NCBI GenBank assembly: GCA_947258825.1
Contig: CAMYJX010000004.1
Span: forward strand, 18,122 to 82,121
Length of the DNA: 64,000 nt
Direction of reading: 5' to 3'
Source of the DNA: an uncultured Pseudomonadales bacterium
GTDB taxonomy: Bacteria; Pseudomonadota; Gammaproteobacteria; Pseudomonadales; Azotimanducaceae
This document shows, piece by piece, positions 41,242-52,340 of the stretch. The stretch's first letter is position 1, and every line of letters begins with the position of its first letter. The notes under the pieces were generated by a model. The model saw nothing but the letters and a program-made list of their open reading frames with translations, had not been told where the DNA came from and did no database searches. The translations under genes and the position numbers were made by a program.

Positions 41242-42607
41242 ACTCATCCCGTTGTTCATGTTCCTGGCGGTGTTCGCCGTGCTGCTGGCGGGTTACTCCG
41301 TCGCTCTGACCCTCGGCGGGGTAGCGCTGCTGTTCGCGCTGGGGGGCATGGCCACGGGGGTCTTCGACGGTCGGGACCTGGGCTTTCTGCCCGGGCGCCT
41401 GTTCGGAATCATCACCAACCAGACGCTGATTGCCGTGCCCCTGTTCGTCTTCATGGGCGTGGTCCTGGAAAAGACCCGTATTGCCGAGCTGCTGCTGGAG
41501 AGCCTGTCCGGGCTGCTGGGCTCCCTGCGCGGTGGCCTCGGGCTGGCGGTAGTGGTGGTTGGCATGCTGATGGCCGCAAGCACCGGAATCGTCGGCGCAA
41601 CCGTGGTAACCATGGGCCTGATGTCGCTGCCTACCATGCTCAAGCAGGGGTACGATCCAAAACTCGCCACCGGCACCATCTGCGCCACCGGCACGCTGGG
41701 CCAGATCATCCCGCCGTCCATCGCGCTGGTTCTGCTGGGAGACGTACTGTCCAACGCTTACCAGCAGGCCCAGCTCAGCCAGGGAATCTTCGCGCCGAAG
41801 ACCGTCTCCGTCGGTGATCTATTTGCTGGCGCCATGGTTCCCGGCCTTATTCTGGTGGGCCTTTATGTCATCTATACCCTGGTAATCGCGGCAATTCAGC
41901 CTCAGCGGGCGCCGCGAGCCGACCCCACCGCAACGCCGCGCCCGGCTTTGACCACTCTGCTCAAGGGCCTGCTGCCGCCCCTGCTTCTGATCGTCGCCGT
42001 ACTGGGATCGATCCTCGGCGGTTACGCTACCCCTACCGAGGCCGCCGGCGTCGGCGCGGGCGGCGCGCTGCTCCTGGCGCTGGCCTATGGTGCCCTATCC
42101 CCGGCGGTATTGAGCGAGGTCTGCCGCTCGACGCTCACAACGACGGCCATGGTGTTCTTCATTCTCATCGGCGCGTCCGTCTTTTCCCTGGTCTTCAGAG
42201 GTTACGGCGGGGATGAGCTGATTCACGGCTGGTTCGTCGATATGCCCGGCGGCGTGTGGGGCGCGCTGGCGATCGTCATGCTCGTCATCTTTCTGCTGGG
42301 ATTCATGCTGGACTTCATTGAGATCACCTTCGTGGTCGTTCCCATCGTGGGCCCGGTTCTGCTGGCCATGGGCGTTGATCCCGTGTGGCTTGGCGTCCTC
42401 ATCGCGCTGAACCTGCAGACTTCGTTCCTGACGCCGCCGTTTGGCTTCGCGCTGTTTTATCTGCGCGGCGTCACCCCGCCTTCGGTCCCGACCGGAGACA
42501 TCTATCGAGGGGTGATACCCTTCGTCGCGCTGCAGCTGCTGCTGCTTTTCATCATCGCCCTGTGGCCGGACCTGGCTACCTGGCTGCCATCGAGGCTCTA
42601 CCCATGA
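41234..42607 (+). CDS. TRAP transporter large permease (DctM-like)
   Basis: 457 aa and highly hydrophobic, with a DctM pattern (LIAVPLFVFMGVVLEKTRIAE, GTLGQIIPPSI, EAAGVGAGGALLLA). It overlaps both neighbouring genes. Confidence 0.88.
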   Translation: MAELIPLFMFLAVFAVLLAGYSVALTLGGVALLFALGGMATGVFDGRDLGFLPGRLFGIITNQTLIAVPLFVFMGVVLEKTRIAELLLESLSGLLGSLRGGLGLAVVVVGMLMAASTGIVGATVVTMGLMSLPTMLKQGYDPKLATGTICATGTLGQIIPPSIALVLLGDVLSNAYQQAQLSQGIFAPKTVSVGDLFAGAMVPGLILVGLYVIYTLVIAAIQPQRAPRADPTATPRPALTTLLKGLLPPLLLIVAVLGSILGGYATPTEAAGVGAGGALLLALAYGALSPAVLSEVCRSTLTTTAMVFFILIGASVFSLVFRGYGGDELIHGWFVDMPGGVWGALAIVMLVIFLLGFMLDFIEITFVVVPIVGPVLLAMGVDPVWLGVLIALNLQTSFLTPPFGFALFYLRGVTPPSVPTGDIYRGVIPFVALQLLLLFIIALWPDLATWLPSRLYP

Positions 42608-43791
42608 ACGTCAAAACCAGTCGCAACGCCACGGTGCTTCGAAACCTGCGGATCTGGGACGGTACCGCCTGGGCCGACGCCGACAGCATCTGCGTGCAGG
42701 GTCCCAGCATCACCGCGCTCGAGGCGCCCGAGGAGCAGCCCGGCAAACCGACGGTCATCGACTGCGCCGGCGCCGTGGCGATTCCCGGGCTGATGGACGC
42801 GCACGTGCACATGGAGCTGAATCCCGAACATTCGAAACCGCCGGCGCAGACGGACCTGAATCAGCAGCCGCAGATGGAAAAGCGGGCCAGGGAAATGGTG
42901 GAGGCGGGCATCACCACAGCCCGGGATCTCGGCGGCGGCGCGTGGCTGGAGCTGAAGCTGCGCAACCGCATCGCGGAAGGCGCAGTTCCGGGTCCGAGGC
43001 TGATCTGCGCGGGCCAACCCATAACCAGCCCCGGCGGGCACTGCCATTTCTGGGGCGGAGAGGCCGCGGATCTGGCGCAGGCCCGAAGGGTGCTGGAGCG
43101 TCAGGTCAGTCAGGGGGTGGATCTGATAAAAGTCATGGCCAGCGGCGGCCGCATGACCAAGGGCAGCGATCCTTCGAAACCGCAGTTCGACGTGGAAACG
43201 CTGAGCGGGATCGTCACCAGCGCGCAACACCATGGATTACCGGTGGCCGCCCACTGTCACGGCACCAGGGCAATCGAGTATGCGGCCCGAGCGGGCGTCA
43301 GCACCATCGAGCACTGCTCCTGGGTGGGCCAGGATGGATGGGCCTCCGATTATCAGGAGGAGATCGCTCGAATCATCCTGGAAAGAGGCGTCTGGGTATC
43401 ACCCACCATCAACCGCGGCTGGCAGCGCATGCTGGACAGCAAGACGGGCGCGGTGCTCGCGCGGGTCCGCGCCGCCTATGGTGCGATGCTGGAGATGGGC
43501 ATCCCCTTCGTCGCCTCAACCGACGCGGGCATACCGGGGGTTTTCCATCATCATCTGCCCGAGGCCCTGGGCGTTTTCAGCCGAATCGCAGGGCTGACGA
43601 ATGCCGACACGCTGCGTTCGGCGACCTCCGGTGCGGCGCGGGCGCTTGGTCTGTCGGCCATCACCGGTCGCCTGGCGCCCGGCCTGGCAGCCGATATTCT
43701 GCTGCTGGACGGCGATCCGCTGGAGGACATGGCCGCGCTCACCCGACCGGTGGGCATCTGGGCCAACGGACGGGCCGTCCGGCTGCCCTGA
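42604..43791 (+). CDS. Amidohydrolase-superfamily metal-dependent hydrolase
   Basis: ATGA overlap with the dctM-like gene. Motifs: PGLMDAHVHME (HxH), IKVMASGG (Lys position), VAAHCHG and ASTDAG (Asp). 395 aa. Confidence 0.8.
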   Translation: MNVKTSRNATVLRNLRIWDGTAWADADSICVQGPSITALEAPEEQPGKPTVIDCAGAVAIPGLMDAHVHMELNPEHSKPPAQTDLNQQPQMEKRAREMVEAGITTARDLGGGAWLELKLRNRIAEGAVPGPRLICAGQPITSPGGHCHFWGGEAADLAQARRVLERQVSQGVDLIKVMASGGRMTKGSDPSKPQFDVETLSGIVTSAQHHGLPVAAHCHGTRAIEYAARAGVSTIEHCSWVGQDGWASDYQEEIARIILERGVWVSPTINRGWQRMLDSKTGAVLARVRAAYGAMLEMGIPFVASTDAGIPGVFHHHLPEALGVFSRIAGLTNADTLRSATSGAARALGLSAITGRLAPGLAADILLLDGDPLEDMAALTRPVGIWANGRAVRLP

Positions 43792-43830
43792 GGGTGGTGG
43801 AAGGAAGGCTGGTAGGAAGGTCTCGAGCGC

Positions 43831-44679
43831 TCAGTCGTTATCACCCCATTTCTCACCCCCCTTCTCACCCCATATGGGCGGACGCTTCTGCATGAAGGCC
43901 GCCACCCCTTCCTCGTAATCGGCTTCCTGCATCATCTCTGCAATGAGCGACTCCGAATCCTGCACGGCACTGCCCACCGCTCTGTGCAGATCCCGGTAAA
44001 TCTGCCATCGGGTCTGGCGCAGAGAGTTTGGTGATACCGTCGCGATCAGGTTCCGCGCGTAGTCATAGGTGCGCGGCAGCAGCTCCTCCCGCGGGAACAC
44101 CTCGTTCACCAGGCCCAGCGACTTGGCCTCCTCGGCTTCGAAAACCCGGCTCGAAAGCAGCAGCTCGTTGGCACGAGTCAAGCCGATCATGCGCGGCATC
44201 AGCCAGGATAAGCCATACTCGGCAGGGAGGTTGAGCTTGCCGTGCGCGGTGGTAAATCGAGCGCCGGCGGCGGCAAAGCGCAGATCGGCGAAGCAGGCCA
44301 GGGCGAGGCCCACACCGGCAGCAGGACCGTTCATTGCCGCTATCACCGGCTTGCTGAGACCGAAATGAAAAGCAAAGCTGGCGTCGAAACGCGCATCGGT
44401 GCCGAATCCTGGCAACGCCATTTCCCGCGGCGTTCCAGGATCGTAGCCGCCTTTCTTCACGTGCCCGGCCAGCGCCTCCGCATCGCCGCCCACGCAGAAA
44501 CCGCGACCCTCTCCTGTGACGACGATGACACGCACGGCGTCATCGGCATCGGCCTCAGCCAGGCACCAGCGGTACTCGGCATGCATCCGCCCGGTCCAGG
44601 CGTTCAACCGGTGGGGGCGCTTGAGCCACAGGGTGGCGATGCCGTCTTCAACTTTCAGGGCGGTCGCTCTGAGTTCCAT
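43831..44679 (-). CDS. Enoyl-CoA hydratase/isomerase (crotonase) family protein
   Basis: IATLWLKRPHRLNAWT...VIVVTGEGRGFCVGGD...KPVIAAMNGPAAGVGLALACFADLRFA. The C-terminal tail is WGEKGGEKWGDND, from a short DNA repeat. Confidence 0.85.
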   Translation of the reverse strand: MELRATALKVEDGIATLWLKRPHRLNAWTGRMHAEYRWCLAEADADDAVRVIVVTGEGRGFCVGGDAEALAGHVKKGGYDPGTPREMALPGFGTDARFDASFAFHFGLSKPVIAAMNGPAAGVGLALACFADLRFAAAGARFTTAHGKLNLPAEYGLSWLMPRMIGLTRANELLLSSRVFEAEEAKSLGLVNEVFPREELLPRTYDYARNLIATVSPNSLRQTRWQIYRDLHRAVGSAVQDSESLIAEMMQEADYEEGVAAFMQKRPPIWGEKGGEKWGDND

Positions 44680-44685
44680 GCCTAT

Positions 44686-44709
44686 TGCCTACCCATGTGC
44701 CTACCCATG
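44686..44709. repeat. Direct tandem duplication, 2 copies of a 12-bp unit (TGCCTACCCATG)
   Basis: Read directly, 7 nt upstream (minus-strand sense) of the crotonase ATG. The crotonase start region itself resembles a partial third copy. Confidence 0.8.
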
Positions 44710-44741
44710 CCCGTCAAGCACTAACGTCTGAAGGTCGCGGC

Positions 44742-45866
44742 CTAGCGGGCGTCCAGGTAGGCCTGCTCAGAGATGCGATGATAGTCGCGAACGCCCAACG
44801 CAAATTCCGTGTAGGAGTCGTGGATCCTCCTGGCGAGGGGGTCGCTCTCTGCCATCTCGGCCACCACCTGGGTGGAGAGCTCGCGCAGCCTGGCAACGAC
44901 GTCGTCGGGGAGTTTTCTCAGCTCCACGGCGTGCTCATCCACCAGGGTTCGCAGCGCCGCGTTGTTACGCGCGGTGAACTCGCTGAGCATGTCCTCGTTG
45001 ATCATGCGCGTTGCTGCCTGGATCATGGCCTGAAGATCCGGGGGTAACGAGTCCCAGGCTTTCTTATTGACGATGGCCTCCAGCGTCGGGCCCGGCTCGT
45101 GCCACCCGGGGTAGTAGTAGTAGCGGGCGGCGCTGTAGAGGCCCAGCGCCAGATCGTTGTAGGGGCCCACCCACTCAGTGGCATCAATGGCCCCGGTCTG
45201 CAGCGCGGTAAAAACCTCGCCGCCCGGCAGGCTCACCGGCACGCCGCCAGCTCGTTTCAGCACCTCGCCACCCAACCCGGGAATGCGCATTTTCAACCCC
45301 TGCAGATCGGCCAGCGAATTTATCTCGCGATTGAACCAGCCAGCCATCTGGACCCCCGAGTTTCCGCAGGCAAAGGGGACCAGGCCGAAAGGCTCGTAAA
45401 GCTCACGCCACAGGTCCATGCCGCCACCGTAGTGCAGCCAGCCGTTCATTTCCTGAGCGTTCATCCCGAAGGGCACCGTTGAGAACATGGCCGCAACCGG
45501 GATCTTGCCCCGCCAGTAATAGGCGGCGCCGTGACCCATTTCCGAAGTCCCCTGGGCCACCGCGTCGAACACCTCAAACGCGCCCACCAGCTCTCCCGCG
45601 CCGTATACCTTGATGTCGAGCCGGCCGCTGCTCATGACTCTGAGAAGATCCGCAAGGCGTTCAGGGCCCATGCCGAGGGCCGGCAGATTTTTCGGCCAGG
45701 TGGTAATGAGCTTCCAGCGATAAACCTGCTGCGCGTCAGCGTCCGCCGTCCCCGCACCGGAACCTTCCTGAGTGCTGCTGCCGGAGCCACCGCAACCTGC
45801 CACAACGAGCAGCACAGATCCAATCAGCCCGGCACTCAATCTCAAACTAAGACGCCTGAACAGCAT
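44742..45866 (-). CDS. TRAP transporter substrate-binding protein (FcbT1/COG4663-like), probable lipoprotein
   Basis: The ATG at 45866 gives MLFRRLSLRLSAGLIGSVLLVVAGCGGSG (lipobox VAGC), then YRWKLITTWPKNLPALG...MGHGAAYYW...TEWVGPYNDLALGLY. 374 aa. Confidence 0.85.
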   Translation of the reverse strand: MLFRRLSLRLSAGLIGSVLLVVAGCGGSGSSTQEGSGAGTADADAQQVYRWKLITTWPKNLPALGMGPERLADLLRVMSSGRLDIKVYGAGELVGAFEVFDAVAQGTSEMGHGAAYYWRGKIPVAAMFSTVPFGMNAQEMNGWLHYGGGMDLWRELYEPFGLVPFACGNSGVQMAGWFNREINSLADLQGLKMRIPGLGGEVLKRAGGVPVSLPGGEVFTALQTGAIDATEWVGPYNDLALGLYSAARYYYYPGWHEPGPTLEAIVNKKAWDSLPPDLQAMIQAATRMINEDMLSEFTARNNAALRTLVDEHAVELRKLPDDVVARLRELSTQVVAEMAESDPLARRIHDSYTEFALGVRDYHRISEQAYLDAR

Positions 45867-45874
45867 AGTCCCCC

Positions 45875-48064
45875 CTAATCCAGAGCCTGAAGGTTCGCAT
45901 ATCCCACCATCAACCATTTGGCACCGACATCGGCAAAGTTGATTTCTATCCGAGCCCGGTCACCGCTGCCTTCGCTCTGCAGCACCACGCCTTCACCAAA
46001 CTTCGCATGGCGAACCCGTTGCCCCATGCGCAAGCCCGGGAGCTCCGACTCGTTCCAGGCAGCTTCCGCACTTCCACCGTTACCGTACGGACGCTGCACC
46101 GCACCACCCATGCGCACCTCCTGCAGCAGGTCCTGAGGTACTTCCTGCAGAAACCGCGAAGGCCGATTGTAGGTATCGTTGCCGTGCAGGCGCCGGGTCT
46201 CGGCGTACGTGAGGTACAGGTTTTTCATGGCCCGCGTGATGCCCACGTAGCAGAGTCGTCGTTCTTCCTCGATGCGGCCGGGTTCTTCGGCCGACATGCG
46301 GTGCGGAAAAAGGCCCTCTTCCATTCCGGAAAGGAACACGAGGGGAAATTCCAGCCCCTTGGCTGAGTGCAGGGTCATCATCTGCACGCTGGGGCCAGAT
46401 TCAGCCTGTCGGTCTCCGGAATCCAGGGCCACCTGGTCGAGAAACTCCTCCAGCATGGAAACCTCGGATCGGTCGCCGTCCGCCAGGGGAAAAATCAGCT
46501 CGCCGCTGAACTGCCGGCAGGCGCTCACCAGCTCTTCGAGGTTTTCCTTGCGCGCCAGCCCCCGCTCGCCCCGCTCCCTGCTGTGAAAATCCATGAGGCC
46601 GCTGGCCTGAATGCAGAAATCCGCCAGCTCGTGCAGCGCCATCTCGCCGGAAGTTGCCGCCATATCATCGATCAGGGCAATAAAGCCCGTCACTTTCCCC
46701 GCAACCCGCGTGCTGAAGAGACCCTCAGCGATGCCCTCTTTGCAGGCCTGCCACAGGGATATCTGGCGAGCCCGCGCCAGCTGCCGAATGCTCTCCACGG
46801 TTTTGTCGCCGATGCCACGGGTGGGCGTGTTCACCACCCGCTCGAACGCCGGGTCCGAGTGCCGATCGTGCATCAGCCTCATGTATGCAAGCGCGTTCTT
46901 GATTTCAACGCGCTCAAAGAACCGCACGCCGCCGTAAATCCGATAAGGAATCTGCGCCCGCAGCATGGCCTCTTCCAGCACCCGGGACTGAGCATTCGAT
47001 CGATACAGAACGGCGACCTCCTCCGGGCTGCCGCCGCCATCGATCCACTCCTGCGTGCGCTCCGCGATGAAGCGCGCCTCGTCCAGGTCGTTGTATCCGG
47101 AGTACAGACGGATGGGATCCCCGTCGCCGCCTTCGGTCCACAGCTCTTTGCCCAGCCGATCGGTGTTGCGGTCGATCAGCGCGTTCGCCGCATTCAGAAT
47201 GTTGCCCGTCGAGCGGTAGTTCTGCTCCAGACGTACCACCTGCACCGGCGCGAAGTCTTCTCCATAGCGATGAATGTTCTCGATCCGGGCGCCACGCCAG
47301 CCGTAGATGGACTGGTCGTCGTCACCCACCGCCATCACGTGGCCGGTCTTTCCTGCCAGCGCCCGCAGCCAGGCATATTGAATGGTGTTGGTGTCCTGGA
47401 ACTCGTCCACCAGCAGGTGCTGAAAGCGCCGCTGATAGTGAGCCAGAAGATCGGCCTGCTCCAGCCACAGCTCATGGCTGCGCAGCAGCAGCTCGGCAAA
47501 ATCCACCAGCCCGCCCTGATTGCAGAGCTCCTCGTAGTTCTCATAGACACGCTTGTGCGTGATCTGGAAAAGGTCGTCGCTGGCAGCTACATCCCCGGCC
47601 CGCCGACCCTCGTCTTTCTGGCTGTTGATGAACCATACCGCCTGCCGGGGCGACCATTTCTGCTCGTCGATATCAAGCGCGCGCATGACACGCTTGACCA
47701 GCCGCAGTTGGTCGTCGGCGTCCAGAATCTGGAAGTTCTGCGGCAGGCCCGCCTCCTGCCAGTGCATGCGCAGAAGCCTGTGGGCGATGCCGTGAAAGGT
47801 GCCCACCCACATGGTGCGGACGGATATCCGCAACAGCTCCTCTATGCGCAAACGCATCTCGGCCGCCGCCTTGTTGGTGAAGGTGACGGCGAGAACACCT
47901 TGAGGGGAGGCCCGCTCTGCCTCGATGAGCCAGGCGACACGATGCACGAGCACCCGGGTCTTACCGCTGCCGGCTCCCGCCACTACCAGCGCGTTACCCA
48001 CCGGCGCCGTAACCGCTTCGCGCTGCCGGTCGTTCAGATTCTCCAGAATGTGGGTTACGTCCAC
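45875..48064 (-). CDS. uvrD: DNA helicase II (UvrD)
   Basis: 729 aa: LNDRQREAVTAPVGNALVVAGAGSGKTRVLVHRVAWLI, LVDEFQDTN, VGDDDQSIYGWRGA, YRS, MTLHSAKGLEFPLVF, EEERRLCYVGITRA. Confidence 0.92.
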   Translation of the reverse strand: MDVTHILENLNDRQREAVTAPVGNALVVAGAGSGKTRVLVHRVAWLIEAERASPQGVLAVTFTNKAAAEMRLRIEELLRISVRTMWVGTFHGIAHRLLRMHWQEAGLPQNFQILDADDQLRLVKRVMRALDIDEQKWSPRQAVWFINSQKDEGRRAGDVAASDDLFQITHKRVYENYEELCNQGGLVDFAELLLRSHELWLEQADLLAHYQRRFQHLLVDEFQDTNTIQYAWLRALAGKTGHVMAVGDDDQSIYGWRGARIENIHRYGEDFAPVQVVRLEQNYRSTGNILNAANALIDRNTDRLGKELWTEGGDGDPIRLYSGYNDLDEARFIAERTQEWIDGGGSPEEVAVLYRSNAQSRVLEEAMLRAQIPYRIYGGVRFFERVEIKNALAYMRLMHDRHSDPAFERVVNTPTRGIGDKTVESIRQLARARQISLWQACKEGIAEGLFSTRVAGKVTGFIALIDDMAATSGEMALHELADFCIQASGLMDFHSRERGERGLARKENLEELVSACRQFSGELIFPLADGDRSEVSMLEEFLDQVALDSGDRQAESGPSVQMMTLHSAKGLEFPLVFLSGMEEGLFPHRMSAEEPGRIEEERRLCYVGITRAMKNLYLTYAETRRLHGNDTYNRPSRFLQEVPQDLLQEVRMGGAVQRPYGNGGSAEAAWNESELPGLRMGQRVRHAKFGEGVVLQSEGSGDRARIEINFADVGAKWLMVGYANLQALD

Positions 48065-48321
48065 CGAGTGTCCAGTTGCCGAAAGGGGCGAAAAGTCTCA
48101 GTCAGCGCGGAAAGCGAAAGACCGATCTCGCGACAGGATTCGGGCCCGGCCGTGACGGCTGTCCCGCTATCTCCCGAGCGGCTATTGTACGCGAGGTGTA
48201 CCCGCCTGGCAGGGGCTTTCTCAGCCGGCAGCCGACGGGTACCGTGGCCGCGGAGCTAGACCCCGTTCATCTCAGGATCCAAGCTGATACATGAATTCAA
48301 ACCTGCCACAGAATCCTAGCC

Positions 48322-48783
48322 ATGTTCCGGTTTAGCCAATCCAGCGACCTTTGTGTAGACGCGGAAGACATCCTCCCCAGTTTTGCCCTGCGGGCTGTAA
48401 ACGCCGAGCTGTGGCCACTGGTTAGAATGACCGCCCCGGAGCCCTGGGCAAACCGGCCCATCGTCGAGTGGCCAGTGCAAAAGCATCTATTCGATAGCTG
48501 GATTCTGATCCTGGGCGTGCTGCCAGTCGATCGCCACAGGTTCCGCTTACGGTCGCTTACGCCGAGCGAGGGGTTCGTGGAAGCGTCTTCGTCAACGATC
48601 AACGCGAGTTGGATTCACGAACGCAAGATAACCCCGATTCAGGGTGGCTGCAGGATTGTCGACCGCGTGGAGTACAACTGTCGGCTGGCCGTGTTGGGCT
48701 ACCTGCTGTTGCCCGTGTATCAATTTGTTTTCCGGCGCCGTCATCGGAACCTGAGAGCAAGATACGGTGGGCATCGCAGCTGA
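48322..48783 (+). CDS. Hypothetical protein, 153 aa
   Basis: This is the only plus-strand ORF in a run of minus-strand genes. The sequence is MFRFSQSSDLCVDAEDILPSFALRAVNAELWPLVRMTAPEPW...CRIVDRVEYNCRLAVLGYLLLPVYQFVFRRRHRNL. It may have an SRPBCC/START-like fold, but I cannot verify that. Confidence 0.5.
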   Translation: MFRFSQSSDLCVDAEDILPSFALRAVNAELWPLVRMTAPEPWANRPIVEWPVQKHLFDSWILILGVLPVDRHRFRLRSLTPSEGFVEASSSTINASWIHERKITPIQGGCRIVDRVEYNCRLAVLGYLLLPVYQFVFRRRHRNLRARYGGHRS

Positions 48784-48847
48784 CGAGGGGCCTGGGGTTT
48801 CCGAGACAATCGCCTTGGGGTTGCTGTGGTTCTTGAATTACCGGGTG

Positions 48848-48864
48848 GCTGGCGGCCAGCTTTT
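48848..48864 (+). terminator. Possible rho-independent terminator after the hypothetical gene
   Basis: GCTGG, a CGG loop, CCAGC, then TTTT, about 65 nt after the stop at 48783 and abutting the glmS stop. The stem is short. Confidence 0.35.
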
Positions 48865-48865
48865 C

Positions 48866-50701
48866 CTATTCCACCGTGACCGACTTGGCCAGGTTCCTGG
48901 GCTGGTCCACGTCAGTGCCTTTCAGCACCGCGACGTGGTAGGCGAGCAGCTGCAGGGGCACGACGTAAACGATGGGCGCCAGAATCTTGTTGACCGCTGG
49001 CAATGGGATAACGGTAACGCCAGACTCGTTTTTGAAGCCCAGCTCCTCGTCTGCAAAAACGTACAGCTCGCCGCCCCGGGCACGCACCTCCTGCAGGTTC
49101 GACTGAACCTTCTCAAGCAACTCGTCGTTGGGCGCTACCGCGATGACCGGCATGTCTTCATCAACCAGCGCTAGAGGTCCATGCTTCAGCTCTCCCGCGG
49201 GATAGCCCTCAGCATGGATATAGGAAATTTCCTTGAGCTTCAGCGCGCCTTCCATGGCTACGGGGAACATGGGACCCCGACCCAGAAACAGCGCATGGGA
49301 GCGATCTATGAATTGCTCTGCCAGCTTCCGGATCGCCTGATCCAGCATAAGCGCTTTATCCACCGCGTCGGCAAGCCCGTGCAGCGCGGCCACCAGCTCT
49401 TCCTCTTTCCCGGGGCTCAAGCCCTGCCGACGAGCGAGCAGTATGGTCAGCAGCAGGAGATCGGTCAGCTGAGCAGTAAAGGCTTTGGTAGAGGCGACGC
49501 CCACCTCCGTACCCGCCTGAATCATCAGCGCCAGGTCGGATTCTCTGACCATGGAGCTGGTCGGCACATTGCAGATGGTCAGGGTAGCGTAGAAACCCAT
49601 ATCCTTGGCGATACGCAAAGCCGCGAGGGTATCCGCGGTTTCGCCGGACTGAGAAATGGTGACGAACAGGCTGTCCGGCAGAACGGCTACCTTGCGGTAG
49701 CGGAACTCGCTGGCGATCTCTACCTGACAGGGAATGCCCACCAGCTCCTCGATCCAGTAGCGGGCAATGGACGCCGCGTAGTAGCTGGTACCGCACGCGA
49801 CGATGGTCACCGCACGGGCCTGGTCGAAGATATCCGGCGCTTTCACCCCGAAGGCCGGCTCCAGCACCCGGGTACGGCCGATTCGGCCTTCCAGCGTGTC
49901 GTTGAGTACCGACGGCTGCTGATGGATCTCCTTCTGCATGTAATGCCGGTAATTGCCTTTGTCCACGTCATCGTGACCCAGTTCTACCTTGACCGTTGCG
50001 CGAATGACGGTTTCGTCCTGCACGTTCCAGACCGATATGTCGTGTTTGGTCACCTCGACCAGGTCGCCCTCTTCCAGGAACACGAAGCGATCGGTAACGG
50101 GCCGCAGGGCCAGGGGGTCCGACGCGATGAAGTTCTCACCGATGCCTTTGCCGATCACCAGCGGGCTGCCCATGCGCGCGGCGACGATACGTTCCGGATC
50201 GTCATGAGCCATGACGCCAATGGCGTAAGCACCCTGCAGGCGCTTGACCGCAGCCCGCACGGCTTCCAGCAGGGACAGCTTCTGCTGATGATAAAAGTCG
50301 ACCAGATGGACGATGACCTCGGAATCGGTTTCCGACGCGAAGGCGTAGCCAGCTGCCGTGAGCTCTTCTCGAAGCGCTTCGAAGTTTTCGATGATGCCGT
50401 TGTGAACCAGGCAGATCCTATCGCTGGAGATGTGCGGATGGGCATTCGATTGGCTGGGCACACCATGGGTAGCCCAGCGGGTATGCGCGATTCCCGTATG
50501 ACCCATAACCGGGTTGGCTGTCACGTCGTCTTTGAGCTGCCTGACCTTGCCGACCTCGCGGCGACAATCGAATCCGGAGCCCTGCTCACGAACAACCGCC
50601 AGACCCGCTGAGTCGTACCCTCGATACTCGAGCCGTTGCAGACCTTCCAGCAGAATGGCTGCTACGTGACGGTCAGCGACCGCTCCTACAATTCCGCACA
50701 T
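48866..50701 (-). CDS. glmS: Glutamine--fructose-6-phosphate aminotransferase
   Basis: MCGIVGAV N-terminal nucleophile, two SIS domains and the C-terminal [15 protein letters not shown]. 611 aa. Confidence 0.96.
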   Translation of the reverse strand: MCGIVGAVADRHVAAILLEGLQRLEYRGYDSAGLAVVREQGSGFDCRREVGKVRQLKDDVTANPVMGHTGIAHTRWATHGVPSQSNAHPHISSDRICLVHNGIIENFEALREELTAAGYAFASETDSEVIVHLVDFYHQQKLSLLEAVRAAVKRLQGAYAIGVMAHDDPERIVAARMGSPLVIGKGIGENFIASDPLALRPVTDRFVFLEEGDLVEVTKHDISVWNVQDETVIRATVKVELGHDDVDKGNYRHYMQKEIHQQPSVLNDTLEGRIGRTRVLEPAFGVKAPDIFDQARAVTIVACGTSYYAASIARYWIEELVGIPCQVEIASEFRYRKVAVLPDSLFVTISQSGETADTLAALRIAKDMGFYATLTICNVPTSSMVRESDLALMIQAGTEVGVASTKAFTAQLTDLLLLTILLARRQGLSPGKEEELVAALHGLADAVDKALMLDQAIRKLAEQFIDRSHALFLGRGPMFPVAMEGALKLKEISYIHAEGYPAGELKHGPLALVDEDMPVIAVAPNDELLEKVQSNLQEVRARGGELYVFADEELGFKNESGVTVIPLPAVNKILAPIVYVVPLQLLAYHVAVLKGTDVDQPRNLAKSVTVE

Positions 50702-50796
50702 GGCTATACCTCAGGCCAACTCTCACGTTTACGGGACAACATCCGGGGCCTGCCAAAGCGAAATCCCGGATGGGAAGAGAACCTGGTTTGAACCTG

Positions 50797-52188
<1,392 letters not shown>

Positions 52189-52252
52189 CGGTATATCAGG
52201 GACTTTGGGCCGAACTCAGCAGCGTTGCCCAGATTATATGGGGGTCGGGAGG

Positions 52253-52278
52253 AAAAAGGCGTTACCGATGTAACCCCC
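52253..52278 (-). terminator. Possible rho-independent terminator of the atp operon
   Basis: The minus strand reads GGGGGTTAC-ATCG-GTAACGCC followed by TTTTT, about 60 nt after the atpC stop. The stem is 5 bp, plus 2 bp beyond one mismatch. Confidence 0.35.
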
Positions 52279-52340
52279 TTTGTAAGCAGACTATGTGTAT
52301 ATCGGACCGGCCAGGCCCGACCGATCAATGTCTGACCGGG

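Noticed and set aside
48065-48321. Search for a LexA/SOS box (CTGT-N8-ACAG) upstream of uvrD
   Set aside because: No match was found by eye; only a TGTAC direct repeat is present. I therefore make no regulatory claim.
49356-49364. TTATCCACC, a near-consensus DnaA box
   Set aside because: It is a single isolated copy inside glmS coding sequence, with no cluster and no AT-rich unwinding element. oriC is expected outside the window.
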